Below, one piece after another: positions 9,306-19,023 of a DNA stretch of 64,000 nucleotides. The notes under the pieces are model-generated. The model was not told where the DNA came from. It saw only the letters and a list, made by a program, of their open reading frames with translations, and ran no database searches. Position 1 is the first letter of the stretch. Each line of letters starts with the position of its first letter. Source of the stretch: an uncultured Allomuricauda sp. (GTDB taxonomy: Bacteria > Bacteroidota > Bacteroidia > Flavobacteriales > Flavobacteriaceae); contig CALBPG010000074.1 of the NCBI GenBank assembly GCA_937899065.1, positions 7,612 to 71,611 on the forward strand. The letters are read 5' to 3'. The position numbers and the translations under genes were made by a program.

Positions 9306-10370
9306 ATGATAAAAAGAAATCAAGGGTCCTTTTTGAGAAAGGCTTTAGTAGGTTTTGGTTTTGTGCTGTTAACGCATTTTAGTGCGGCACAAACCTATTA
9401 TGTAGATCCTAATGCAGGACATGATTCGAACAGCGGGACCAAAGGCGCTGCACTGAAAACACTTAAAGCGGCCTTGAACCATTGCAATCAAATCACAGGA
9501 ACTGGAAACATTACCATTGTGCTATCGCCAGGCATGTATGTTTTAGACGATAAGATGGTCATCAATCCGGTACGGATGTTCTCCGATTCTACTCGTTTTA
9601 CCATAAAAGCATTGCACAATCCTGATGACGCGGAATGGACTCCAGAACACATGCCCGTCGTTCAATCGGTTTCGGCGAATAACTCGAAAACACAGTTTGA
9701 TCATGCTACTGGATTTTTGGTCGCATCACCACATGTTACTTTTGAAGGATTGAAGTTTTTGGGCAATCCAAATCCCAATGTCAGGTACTACTATCCGATT
9801 AGCAAGGAGAATCCCGATTTGGAAGATTTGGAAGTGACGCAATGTATTTTTATTGGCGATAAGGAGGCTGCTCAAATTCAAGGTGGCGTTTGGGCGCACG
9901 GACCCAAAAACAAAGTATCGCATTGTGTTTTTCTGGAATGTAGAAATGCGGTGTTGTTTTTTAATAACGTGGAGCATTTTACAATAACCCATACCATTAT
10001 CCAAAAATCCTATGAAAGTGCTTTTTGGTTTGGCGCCAAGGATGTTACGTTTACCTTTCACAGCAACGTCCTAAGTTATAATGAGAATGTTATGGTTTTT
10101 CCTAAAGGCCTGGCCTTAACCTCGCCCTTTTCGAATAGTTGCTTTTATGAAAATCGAGGAGAGGTAGGGTATTGGTCTCGTGAGGATGGTCGAGTGATTC
10201 AAGTTTACGACGCCAAAGTGAAATTGGAAAATATAAAACGAAACGTTTCTGTCAGGTTGATAGAAAACAAAGATGTGTCTCCATCCCCCAATCATCTTAC
10301 GCTAGCTAACCCAATCACAGAACTGGGTTTTGCAGCGGGAATTTTCAAAAGCACAAGAGAACAAGAATGA
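9306..10370 (+). CDS. Secreted right-handed parallel beta-helix protein
   Basis: Signal peptide; YYVDPNAGHDSNSGT..ALKTL..AL start motif; beta-helix-like repeats (VTFEGLKF, VSHCVF). Confidence 0.7.
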   Translation: MIKRNQGSFLRKALVGFGFVLLTHFSAAQTYYVDPNAGHDSNSGTKGAALKTLKAALNHCNQITGTGNITIVLSPGMYVLDDKMVINPVRMFSDSTRFTIKALHNPDDAEWTPEHMPVVQSVSANNSKTQFDHATGFLVASPHVTFEGLKFLGNPNPNVRYYYPISKENPDLEDLEVTQCIFIGDKEAAQIQGGVWAHGPKNKVSHCVFLECRNAVLFFNNVEHFTITHTIIQKSYESAFWFGAKDVTFTFHSNVLSYNENVMVFPKGLALTSPFSNSCFYENRGEVGYWSREDGRVIQVYDAKVKLENIKRNVSVRLIENKDVSPSPNHLTLANPITELGFAAGIFKSTREQE

Positions 10371-10433
10371 TTTTGGGTATCAATTTAGCTGAATGGAGCA
10401 TTGAAAAGCGTAGTCAAAAATTATTTTCGAAAC

Positions 10434-11903
10434 ATGCTTAAACTATATTTTCCAATTGTATTGATACTATGGCTTGGCGCCGTTGGATATGGGCAGACTC
10501 CTCATTTGAATGCTGATTCTTTAAAAGCCGATTTTAAGCTGTTCCGTGATGTGCTGCAACGATATCACCCGGGTATGTATCGCTATAAGCATCCATATAA
10601 GGTGAATGCGGATTTCGACAAATCAGAAAAAGACTTCATTGCCAGCCGGGATTTAAAAGAGGCCTATTTGAGTCTTCATAGAGCCACAAGTAAAATTCAG
10701 TGTGGGCATACCTATCCCAATTTTTGGAATCAAGAAAGGTCTATTCGGGAAGCGCTGTTTGAACAAGAAGACAAACTGCCGTTCACCTTAGCGCTTGTTC
10801 AAGACAAAATGTATGTCCATAAAGATGTTTCGGGGAATAGACTAAAGTCCTGTACCGAAATTTTGACCATCAACGGGGTGCCTGTAGCGGATATCGTCGA
10901 GAATCTGAAACACCACCGACGCTTGGATGGCAATAACATGGCTAAATTCTATAATGACTTTTCCATCACAGGCGAGGGAAAGTACGAAGCATTTGACGTT
11001 ATTTTTCCCATGTTGTATCCCCCGGTCAATGGAAAGTATCAACTTACGGTTAGTTATTTGGAAAGGGATACTATACCCATCGAAGTAACAGCTGTTTCTC
11101 GGGAGAAAAGAAAAACCCTTCTCAATTTGGTTGGAGATGATAAAGCCAAACTTTGGAAAAAGTACTTTGCCGAAGATTCCATTGCGACCCTCAAATTAGG
11201 AACCTTTGCCGTGTGGAACATGAAGTTGGATTGGAAGGCCTATCTAGAGAATTTCTTCAAGGAAACACAGGAGAAAAATTCCAAATACCTTCTCTTGGAT
11301 TTGCGTGGTAATGAAGGCGGATTGATGGAGGTCTATTGGGAGTTGTTCAAATACCTAACGGCAGAACCTTTGCGATTGAAACGCGATTCGCTTGGTACCG
11401 TGTATGAAATGGTAAGGAACGAATTCAAACCGTACCTGGAAACCTATGACCCAACTTTCTTTGATTTAACGGGTAAGGTGACCAAAAAGGACTATGATTT
11501 TTATGAGTTCAATGACGTGGGTTTGAAGTATTTGGAAGTTAAACCTTCCCAATATGCATTTGATGGGGAAATATTCATTTTGATTGATTCGGCCAACAGT
11601 TCGGCTACCTATTATCTCGCCAAATTTTTAAAACAGAACCAGTTGGCCAAACTTATCGGGGCTCCAACGGGAGGGAATATGATGGGAACCAATGGCGGAC
11701 AATTCTTCTTACTCAAGCTACCCTATACCAAGTTAGAAGTGGATGTACCCTTGATTGCATATCATCCGCACGAAGACGCTGAAGATGGTGGCTTGGAACC
11801 AGATATCCTAGTTGAGCGAAACTTCCACTACTACTTTAGCCAATGGGTTATGGAAAATGACCCTGACCGCACCGCTCTTTTGGAAGCCATCTACCAAGAC
11901 TAA
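10434..11903 (+). CDS. Secreted S41 family peptidase
   Basis: Signal peptide from ATG 10434 (track starts at TTG 10401); HPGMYRY, CGHT, LDLRGNEGG, ANSSA, GAPTGG. Confidence 0.85.
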   Translation: MLKLYFPIVLILWLGAVGYGQTPHLNADSLKADFKLFRDVLQRYHPGMYRYKHPYKVNADFDKSEKDFIASRDLKEAYLSLHRATSKIQCGHTYPNFWNQERSIREALFEQEDKLPFTLALVQDKMYVHKDVSGNRLKSCTEILTINGVPVADIVENLKHHRRLDGNNMAKFYNDFSITGEGKYEAFDVIFPMLYPPVNGKYQLTVSYLERDTIPIEVTAVSREKRKTLLNLVGDDKAKLWKKYFAEDSIATLKLGTFAVWNMKLDWKAYLENFFKETQEKNSKYLLLDLRGNEGGLMEVYWELFKYLTAEPLRLKRDSLGTVYEMVRNEFKPYLETYDPTFFDLTGKVTKKDYDFYEFNDVGLKYLEVKPSQYAFDGEIFILIDSANSSATYYLAKFLKQNQLAKLIGAPTGGNMMGTNGGQFFLLKLPYTKLEVDVPLIAYHPHEDAEDGGLEPDILVERNFHYYFSQWVMENDPDRTALLEAIYQD

Positions 11904-11915
11904 ACCGGAGCATTC

Positions 11916-13901
11916 ATGAAAAAACTACTCTTTTTGGTTCTATTTTACCTTTCTGTAATTTGTCTTCATTCACAATCGAACAGATTAGCCTTTGCCAAAC
12001 CTTTGGATGCGTTTCACTTGGATGGGGAATTGAACGATTGGCCTCAGGATTTTAAGCGGTACACCATTCACCATCCCGTTTGGCGGAGTGCAGAAACCGA
12101 CACCCAAGATTTTGAAGCCTATTTCATGGTAGGGTACCAGCTGACTGGAAACAAGCTGTGTCTGGCTATAGTGACCCAAGATGAGCACCCTGTTCAAATA
12201 GAAGGCGATATGGAGCTGGGGGATTTGTACGCCCTCTTCTTGGATGAAGCGCATCATGAAAAGGGCTCGCAGACCATCCGTTATAAGATGTCCCGGTTTG
12301 ACCGAAGTATGACAGGAGAAAGGGAATTATGGGATAAAACGGCAAGTACCTATCTCAATTGGGATCATGTTGCCTATAAAATCAATCAAGAAAAGGGCAG
12401 GATCATATATGAAATCGCCATCAAACTTCGTAAACCAATTGCTATAGGTAGGATTATCGGGATGGGACATTTGGTTCAAGATGTTGACCCGGAAAAAGAA
12501 ACCGTTTACGCATGGGTACCCTCAGGGAACAAAGACTTCAATGCACAGCCGCGAAGATTGGGAATGGTACAGTTTGTAGATGCCAAAACCCAATTTGGCA
12601 TAGTTTCAGGGAAGGTAGCCTGGGGAATATCTAATGAGCCAACAGCACCTGAGGGTATCCGTTTGGTTGAGAAAGACAACCCCAAAAATTGGATGTACTT
12701 TCCCGTACGAGAAAAAGGTGGGTTTGAAGTGACCCTGCCTGTTGGGGCGTACTACGCGAAACCTGGAAAGACCGCCTTCTTTCAAAGAGAAACCTTTCTC
12801 AAAGCAGATACTACGCATGTAAAAGCGTTTACGATTAAAGCCGGGGAAACCTCTGATTTGGGGACTTATCAGTTGCGGGCAGCGAAGGCACCAAACTTTC
12901 CGCTAAGAGGACAAGCCCTTTCGAATTTTTCGGAGCAAAGCAAAAGCCTTATAGACTCCGTTATTCAATCATATATGGAATATTATCAAATCGAGGGAGT
13001 TGCATTCGCAGGTTTGAAAAAGGGTGAAATCATATATGAAAAGCAATATGGCGTTGCGAATAGTTTTACCCAAGAACCCATAACGGACAAAACCTTGTTT
13101 GAAGTAGCTTCCATTACCAAACCGACCTTTGCCTATGCCGTACTTCGATTGGTGGACAAGGAGATTATCGACCTAGACACTCCTTTGTACACCTACCTTC
13201 CATGGGATGAGATTGAAACGATGCCCTATGCCAAACTTTTGACCGCGCGTTTGGTACTTTCTCATCAAACCGGATTACCGAATTGGGGCGAGATGCGATT
13301 TTTGCACAAACCAGGTGAAGGGTATACCTATTCAGGAAGCGCCTACCAATATCTCGGAAGGGTTTTGGAAAAGATAACGGGTAAAGACATTCATACGATT
13401 TTGCAAGAGGAAGTTGTACAACCTCTGATCTTAAAGCATTTTTACTACCAAGCACATCCCTATGTGCGAAAGCATAAAGCGCATGGACACTTTAATGGTT
13501 TTCCTGGTGGAATCGATATGCCCAAAAAACCTTGGGTAGCAGGGTGTTTGATAACCAATGCTCGTGGTTTGTCTGAATTCGTTTTCGCCTTGAAAGATAG
13601 AAAAGGACTAACACCGAAAACGTATACCGAAATGTTCCGCAAAGCGGTTGAGATTCCTCTGGATGAACAGGAGAACAACTGGGGTTTTCAAGAATACATG
13701 GGGTTGGGTTTGTTCTTTGAAAAAGGAACAGACGGACTGGTTTTCCGCCACAGTGGGAATAACGGAGACTTCAAATCCGTTTTTCGATATAATGACGATA
13801 CTGAAATAGGGTATATTTTATTGGCCAATGGCAATACAGGACAATTTCTTTTGGATGCCATTGAGAAAGTGCTTTATACCCCTTCCACCAAAAACAAATA
13901 G
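11916..13901 (+). CDS. Secreted multidomain serine hydrolase (CBM9/DOMON-like domain, beta-sandwich, beta-lactamase-like domain)
   Basis: LDGELNDW start of CBM9-like domain; FEVASITK (SxxK), LSHQTGLPNW, YSGSAY, HSGNNG. Confidence 0.8.
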   Translation: MKKLLFLVLFYLSVICLHSQSNRLAFAKPLDAFHLDGELNDWPQDFKRYTIHHPVWRSAETDTQDFEAYFMVGYQLTGNKLCLAIVTQDEHPVQIEGDMELGDLYALFLDEAHHEKGSQTIRYKMSRFDRSMTGERELWDKTASTYLNWDHVAYKINQEKGRIIYEIAIKLRKPIAIGRIIGMGHLVQDVDPEKETVYAWVPSGNKDFNAQPRRLGMVQFVDAKTQFGIVSGKVAWGISNEPTAPEGIRLVEKDNPKNWMYFPVREKGGFEVTLPVGAYYAKPGKTAFFQRETFLKADTTHVKAFTIKAGETSDLGTYQLRAAKAPNFPLRGQALSNFSEQSKSLIDSVIQSYMEYYQIEGVAFAGLKKGEIIYEKQYGVANSFTQEPITDKTLFEVASITKPTFAYAVLRLVDKEIIDLDTPLYTYLPWDEIETMPYAKLLTARLVLSHQTGLPNWGEMRFLHKPGEGYTYSGSAYQYLGRVLEKITGKDIHTILQEEVVQPLILKHFYYQAHPYVRKHKAHGHFNGFPGGIDMPKKPWVAGCLITNARGLSEFVFALKDRKGLTPKTYTEMFRKAVEIPLDEQENNWGFQEYMGLGLFFEKGTDGLVFRHSGNNGDFKSVFRYNDDTEIGYILLANGNTGQFLLDAIEKVLYTPSTKNK

Positions 13902-13909
13902 CCAAACAC

Positions 13910-16807
13910 TTACCCGGTTTTCGTTTTGCTTCGCCGTATAAATAGGAAGGCCAAAACCGTACCGGCAATTACAATCAATCCAAACCATAGATAATTCCAA
14001 CTATTTGGAAAGTCAATAGGGGTGGCTTGCCCATGATGTATGAATCCGGCCCAATAAAAAGGGTGTTGTAGTTTGGGATTGGAAGTGGTATTCAGATATG
14101 TTCTTTTTGCCGCTTGAAGGGCCTCCGCAGTATTTTGGCCAGCACGGAGTTGTTCGTAAAAGCTGACCATGATGCTTTTGCTGTTTTCGTCCGGAACAGA
14201 CCAGATGGTCGAAATCGTGTTAGGGACGCCGGCATATAAAAAAGCATTGTTCAGGGAAATTACACCCTTTCCAGTTTCAAATTTTCCAAGCCCCGTATCG
14301 CAGGCACTCAGCACCACCAAGTCTGCTTTCAACTTTAGTGCGTAGAGCTCAGACAAGTACAAAGGGCCATCATCAAACATCAAGCTACTGAACTCAGGAA
14401 CCTCATTATTGAGGAAAGCGTGCATGGCCAAATGGATAACCTTTTTTTCTGAAATATTTTCCAGAAAGTTTGACTTGGAAGCATCCTTGCCCGAAAAAGA
14501 AATACCCCTAGTCAATTGGGTAACTTCCATCCCTTCTTGCAAAGCACCTTTTAAAGTTTGGAAATCATTTCGTAAAGCCAACTGCTGTTCGGTAGCATTG
14601 ACTTCCCTGTAGGATGGTGTAAAGACAACAGCCATCGCCCCATTGGAAGTTTGATAACTTCTCTGAAAACTTAAAAAAGGAATACTTGAAGCGTAATTTA
14701 TTGAGGTTTGCTCAACCAAATAAGTGCCGTTATGCACTAAAGTCTCGAAGGGCAAATAGTTTAAAACCTTATCCGGAATGATAGTCAAGGATTTGTAGCT
14801 ATTAGTATTTGAAATACCCAAAGTAGTATATAACTGTTCGCCTTTTTCTTGCAGTTGGTTTAGATTGGAGGTTGGGTCACTAAGCAGTTTGAGGTATGTG
14901 GTGACATCTCTTTGAATAGCACCATAATTTCCTAAATCAATGGTCTGCATTCCGCTTTCGGAAAAGAGAAATAGATACAGTCGTTGCCCGAGTTGTGCAT
15001 ATTGACCGATGGTTTGATTGGAAGTGATTTTGCTTTTAAAATCCTCAAGGTCGAAAGCATATTTTTCAAAATAGCGGAAGGAATTGTAGCGGTTTTCGAT
15101 GATATTCTGAACATTTGCGAGACGTTCCTTATTGGTGGTCAAAGCATCTGAAATACCTTCTGACTGGCCAAGACTGTCTGAAAGTTGAAGGTTGAGTACG
15201 GTGGTGTTTAACTTGTTTTCCAACCGCAATAGAGAATCTGGAATTGTGAAAGCCTCACTGTTCCGATTCCGAAGAAAGTTATGCCATAAAAACTTGGACT
15301 TAAAGTTCACCAAGCTTTCCAAGGCCATCTGGTTGTCTACGGGCTCGTTGGATGCCAAAATACCAGAAATGATACGATCAAAAATGATTTCAAGCTTTTC
15401 GGTATACAATTGCTTTCGATAGCTGTTCGTAAACTGGCGCAGCGCAATTTTGAAAGCATGGTTTGCAGCAATTGATATATGGGTGTTGCCCTTCTCCTCC
15501 GAATTGGCCAAAGCCTGTGCAAGTTTGGCCAATTTAATGGCATCGTTGAGTCGCGTAGAAGGGATATACTCCTCTACAATTTTTGAATCGGTCAATCCAT
15601 TTTGTATTGGACTATTTGAAAAACGAGCTATGGCTGCATTGGCATCTTCCAATAACTTTTCGGGTTGGTTTTTAGCGGCCCAAATTCCTGCTCTCGATAC
15701 ATAAAGAAACCCCTGGAGCTGTCTAGGCAATTGGGATTCCAGCATAGCGAAGGTGCTTAGGGCCTCATCATAATCACCAATGCCTTTTTTAGCTTTGGCC
15801 GAGTTGAGCAAAAAATAATTGCGATAGACGGTAAAGGCATTCTCTGGCATCAAGGCCACGGCTGATTCTAGATGAACTAAAGCTTTTTCAGGTTGGTCAA
15901 TATCCAGATAATAAAGGCCGGCTTCATTATAGCAGTTCGCGTGATAGTACTGTGCCCGTTTGGAGAGTTCTTTTCCTGCGACGTAGGTATCTGCCTTTGT
16001 TAAGGTAGCCAGGAGTTGCGCTTCATCACCAGTATGGGAATATAATTTGGCTTCGGTTGAGATTAAATCCAGCGGATACGCATATTCATTCTGGGTCTGT
16101 TTTTCAGCCTTCCTAAAGTAAGCAGCGTTTTTTTCGTAAACGTGCTCCACCCGACCCAAGTAGTACTGCGCTCTCGGATAAAAACCATAACGAATAAGGT
16201 TTTTTGCGAAACCAATTTGGAGGCTCGAGAGCATGTTTTCATCATAGGATTCGGTCAACCCATCGTAAATTGAAAATACTTCTTCGTAGTCATCCAACAC
16301 ATCTTCACCTGCACCCAAATCACTTAAAATGGCAATTTTCGTCAGCAAAAGTTGGGCATAGGACTCATCCGGTGTGGAATAGTACGTATTCCAAGTATCT
16401 ATGGCCTTGTCCATGTAAAGTAAGGCGCTGGTTGGATTTCGTGCGAAATCTTTTAGGTCGGAAGCATATTCGAAATAGCTATTGATTAAACTAGTGGTGT
16501 CAAGCGGATTCTGGTTCTCAAAAACTTCAATTTTCTTTTCGAGATAGGTTTTGCGTTTAGAAGCATCTTTGGTAAGCCTTAAAAAAGTCGTGCGATACTT
16601 GGCTAACAATTTGCCCTTATTCACTTGGTTCTGTTCTTCCTTTATAGAATGGAATAAAACATCTGCTGCTTTCTCGGGTTCTACTTTCTTTAAGGAATCT
16701 ACCTGTTGTAAAACGGCTTGTGGTAATTCTTGGGAAGTCCCTTGATACTGAAAAATCCCTAAGCACATCAAAATAGATGTGAAAAGGGTAACGTTGGTTT
16801 TGAACAT
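13910..16807 (-). CDS. TPR-CHAT caspase-like protease with N-terminal signal peptide and C-terminal membrane anchor
   Basis: CHAT motifs LTIIPDKVLNYLPFETL, IHLAMH (His), LVVLSACDTG (Cys), HPFYWAGF; TPR-like helices in N-half; C-terminal TM YLWFGLIVIAGTVLAFLFI then RRSKTK. Confidence 0.92.
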   Translation of the reverse strand: MFKTNVTLFTSILMCLGIFQYQGTSQELPQAVLQQVDSLKKVEPEKAADVLFHSIKEEQNQVNKGKLLAKYRTTFLRLTKDASKRKTYLEKKIEVFENQNPLDTTSLINSYFEYASDLKDFARNPTSALLYMDKAIDTWNTYYSTPDESYAQLLLTKIAILSDLGAGEDVLDDYEEVFSIYDGLTESYDENMLSSLQIGFAKNLIRYGFYPRAQYYLGRVEHVYEKNAAYFRKAEKQTQNEYAYPLDLISTEAKLYSHTGDEAQLLATLTKADTYVAGKELSKRAQYYHANCYNEAGLYYLDIDQPEKALVHLESAVALMPENAFTVYRNYFLLNSAKAKKGIGDYDEALSTFAMLESQLPRQLQGFLYVSRAGIWAAKNQPEKLLEDANAAIARFSNSPIQNGLTDSKIVEEYIPSTRLNDAIKLAKLAQALANSEEKGNTHISIAANHAFKIALRQFTNSYRKQLYTEKLEIIFDRIISGILASNEPVDNQMALESLVNFKSKFLWHNFLRNRNSEAFTIPDSLLRLENKLNTTVLNLQLSDSLGQSEGISDALTTNKERLANVQNIIENRYNSFRYFEKYAFDLEDFKSKITSNQTIGQYAQLGQRLYLFLFSESGMQTIDLGNYGAIQRDVTTYLKLLSDPTSNLNQLQEKGEQLYTTLGISNTNSYKSLTIIPDKVLNYLPFETLVHNGTYLVEQTSINYASSIPFLSFQRSYQTSNGAMAVVFTPSYREVNATEQQLALRNDFQTLKGALQEGMEVTQLTRGISFSGKDASKSNFLENISEKKVIHLAMHAFLNNEVPEFSSLMFDDGPLYLSELYALKLKADLVVLSACDTGLGKFETGKGVISLNNAFLYAGVPNTISTIWSVPDENSKSIMVSFYEQLRAGQNTAEALQAAKRTYLNTTSNPKLQHPFYWAGFIHHGQATPIDFPNSWNYLWFGLIVIAGTVLAFLFIRRSKTKTG

Positions 16808-16873
16808 TCGTTCGTGAGGTTGATGGGTCGATTAATCGCTACAATGTAATAAATATAACATGTGGTTACATGC

Positions 16874-17716
16874 TTAATCCGGTAATTGTATATGATATTC
16901 CGATGCCATGATTGAGGTCAACCGAAAACCAACGCGATGACCGTTTCTTGTTTGATAATGCTCTTTAACAACCAAGGTGTTCTCGGGAAGCACTAAACCA
17001 TAATCTTGACGAAGAGGCATGCCCAGTTCCGGAAACACTTGCTGAAGTAGGTAAAGGGACTTGGTTGGAAGATTGCTTTTTGCGAGAAACAGTTCAACCG
17101 TATCTTGGGTTTTGGGGAAGGTTCGGTAATAGCTTTGCCCTTCTATTGTTTTGGGGTAGTACTTGTTCGCCCCAAAGGCTTCATTGGTATTTTGTTTTTG
17201 AAAATACGTATTGAAATCCTCGAGATTTTCGTCTATGCGATAAGACAACCCTTCCACTTCAGAAAGCTTTTTGGAAATGATTTTCTTCTCTCCAAATTCA
17301 TCTGTGAATCCCATGATGTAATGGCCATCTTGATGAACTATCACATAGTCGGCCATTTCATCTACATAATTGCTGATGTATTTTTCGACAAGCAGTGTAC
17401 CACTTTCAGGGTCCACATAAAAACCAAATTCTCCGGTAGCCGAACCATCCTCCGAAGGAACCGTTTCGTTGTAATAGCTAAAGTGATAGGTTTCGGAAAA
17501 GTAGTATTGTCCTTTTTCGGGGTACCAATTTTGGTCACGATAAGAAAGTGTATCCTGTGGTATTGTATTAGAGGATGTTTCCGCAGGTTCTACAACCAAA
17601 CTATCAGTAACCCTCAAAGGTACAGGAGCTGAACTTTTGGGGGGCTGTTTTTCTTTGCAACTAAAAAAACATGCAATAGCTATCAGAAGTAATGAGGTAT
17701 TCCGCAAAATCAACAT
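16874..17716 (-). CDS. Hypothetical lipoprotein
   Basis: 280-aa ORF, lipobox FFS-C, co-oriented in operon. Confidence 0.7.
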   Translation of the reverse strand: MLILRNTSLLLIAIACFFSCKEKQPPKSSAPVPLRVTDSLVVEPAETSSNTIPQDTLSYRDQNWYPEKGQYYFSETYHFSYYNETVPSEDGSATGEFGFYVDPESGTLLVEKYISNYVDEMADYVIVHQDGHYIMGFTDEFGEKKIISKKLSEVEGLSYRIDENLEDFNTYFQKQNTNEAFGANKYYPKTIEGQSYYRTFPKTQDTVELFLAKSNLPTKSLYLLQQVFPELGMPLRQDYGLVLPENTLVVKEHYQTRNGHRVGFRLTSIMASEYHIQLPD

Positions 17717-17742
17717 AAAGATTTCTATTAACCTATGATGGA

Positions 17743-19005
17743 TTATAATTTATCTACCCTAAAACTTATGACCGCGTCACATGAAATCAAGTAACGGTAA
17801 TATACCTTACCTAAAATCAAATCATCCATTTTAATCTTTTGTCGTTCCCATTGGCCAACACCCCGCATACCGGGCAAATTACCATCATAACGTTTTACAT
17901 TAAACTGAAAATCAAATTCCGGGTAGCCCTTTGCTGCTTCTCCAACAAGTTTAAATTTTCGGATGCCTTCAATCTCTAGAGAAGAGGCGGTTGTTTTTCT
18001 TCGACTTCCGCTTTCAAAAGAATCAATCCAAGAGAAACCGGATTTGTTCGCTACTTGTGGGCCTTCTTTTGAAATATCCCAAGCTCTATTCTTTTTACCA
18101 TTCAAGGGGCTGATTGGCACTTTTCCAGATTTGATAGTGGCATTTAAATAGACTCCCATTCCACCGTAGTACTTATTGCCCTTCTTAGGTGCTCCAAGTT
18201 GTAAAAAGCATACTTCGTAGGTACCTGTATAATCCTTGGCTTTTTTACTTGTGTCACAATAATAAATGGTATTATTAACCGTAATTGCCCAAACAATACC
18301 CTTGTGGACAGCGACATCTTTAAAGTCTTTTCGTGTACCTTCAAGCAAAACCCATTCATTTGAGCTAAATACCCACTTGTAAATGCCCTTGTTTCGACCT
18401 ACCGCATAGATGATTCCCGTTTTATGGTCCAACGCGATTTTGTTGGGTTTTCCGTTAAGGGTATTCCATTTCCCACCGGAAAACTTGGAATACGAATTAT
18501 CTCCAGCTCTGGCATAAAGCTCTTTAGGCCCTATTCCGATAACCTGATTTAAACCATTACTGATACGATTTTGACCTGAGAGTAGATTCCATTTGGCATT
18601 GTTCAATAACCTTAGTTTTTTATTGGTGTCAATAGCATAGATTCTACCATCTTTTGCAGCAATAACCTCATCTGTTTTTACGCCAGGAACCTTAATCCAT
18701 TTGCCCTTTACTTCAATAAATACTTCTCCCGCCGTTGAGGTGATATAAACTACCCCATCTTTGGTCACGGATACCGACTTGGCATTATTTGGGCGAGTAC
18801 TGAATGTTTTCCAACGTTTGGCATTACTGTCGTAATCCGTAAAAATGTTCTTGCCTGCGACCACAAAGACTTTTCCAGTCTTCGGATTTATGGCAATATC
18901 CGAGGCTCGACCACCAACTTTCACAAACTGTTGTGCGTAGGTATAAGCGCTGCCCAATAGGAACAGGATAAGAATGTAGTAAGACTTTCTATTTCGTAGT
19001 GGCAT
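17743..19005 (-). CDS. Secreted tectonin-like beta-propeller protein with extra C-terminal domain
   Basis: Signal peptide; about six repeats of W..v.G....Ia....G.vyai (WIKVPG, WNTLNGKPNKIAL, WVLLEG..KDVAV). Confidence 0.65.
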   Translation of the reverse strand: MPLRNRKSYYILILFLLGSAYTYAQQFVKVGGRASDIAINPKTGKVFVVAGKNIFTDYDSNAKRWKTFSTRPNNAKSVSVTKDGVVYITSTAGEVFIEVKGKWIKVPGVKTDEVIAAKDGRIYAIDTNKKLRLLNNAKWNLLSGQNRISNGLNQVIGIGPKELYARAGDNSYSKFSGGKWNTLNGKPNKIALDHKTGIIYAVGRNKGIYKWVFSSNEWVLLEGTRKDFKDVAVHKGIVWAITVNNTIYYCDTSKKAKDYTGTYEVCFLQLGAPKKGNKYYGGMGVYLNATIKSGKVPISPLNGKKNRAWDISKEGPQVANKSGFSWIDSFESGSRRKTTASSLEIEGIRKFKLVGEAAKGYPEFDFQFNVKRYDGNLPGMRGVGQWERQKIKMDDLILGKVYYRYLISCDAVISFRVDKL

Positions 19006-19023
19006 AGCTTGGTTTAAATTGGA

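Noticed and set aside
6798-13901. Beta-lactam resistance genes
   Set aside because: SxxK hydrolases of this type are mostly esterases or peptidases; nothing in the sequence specifies beta-lactamase activity
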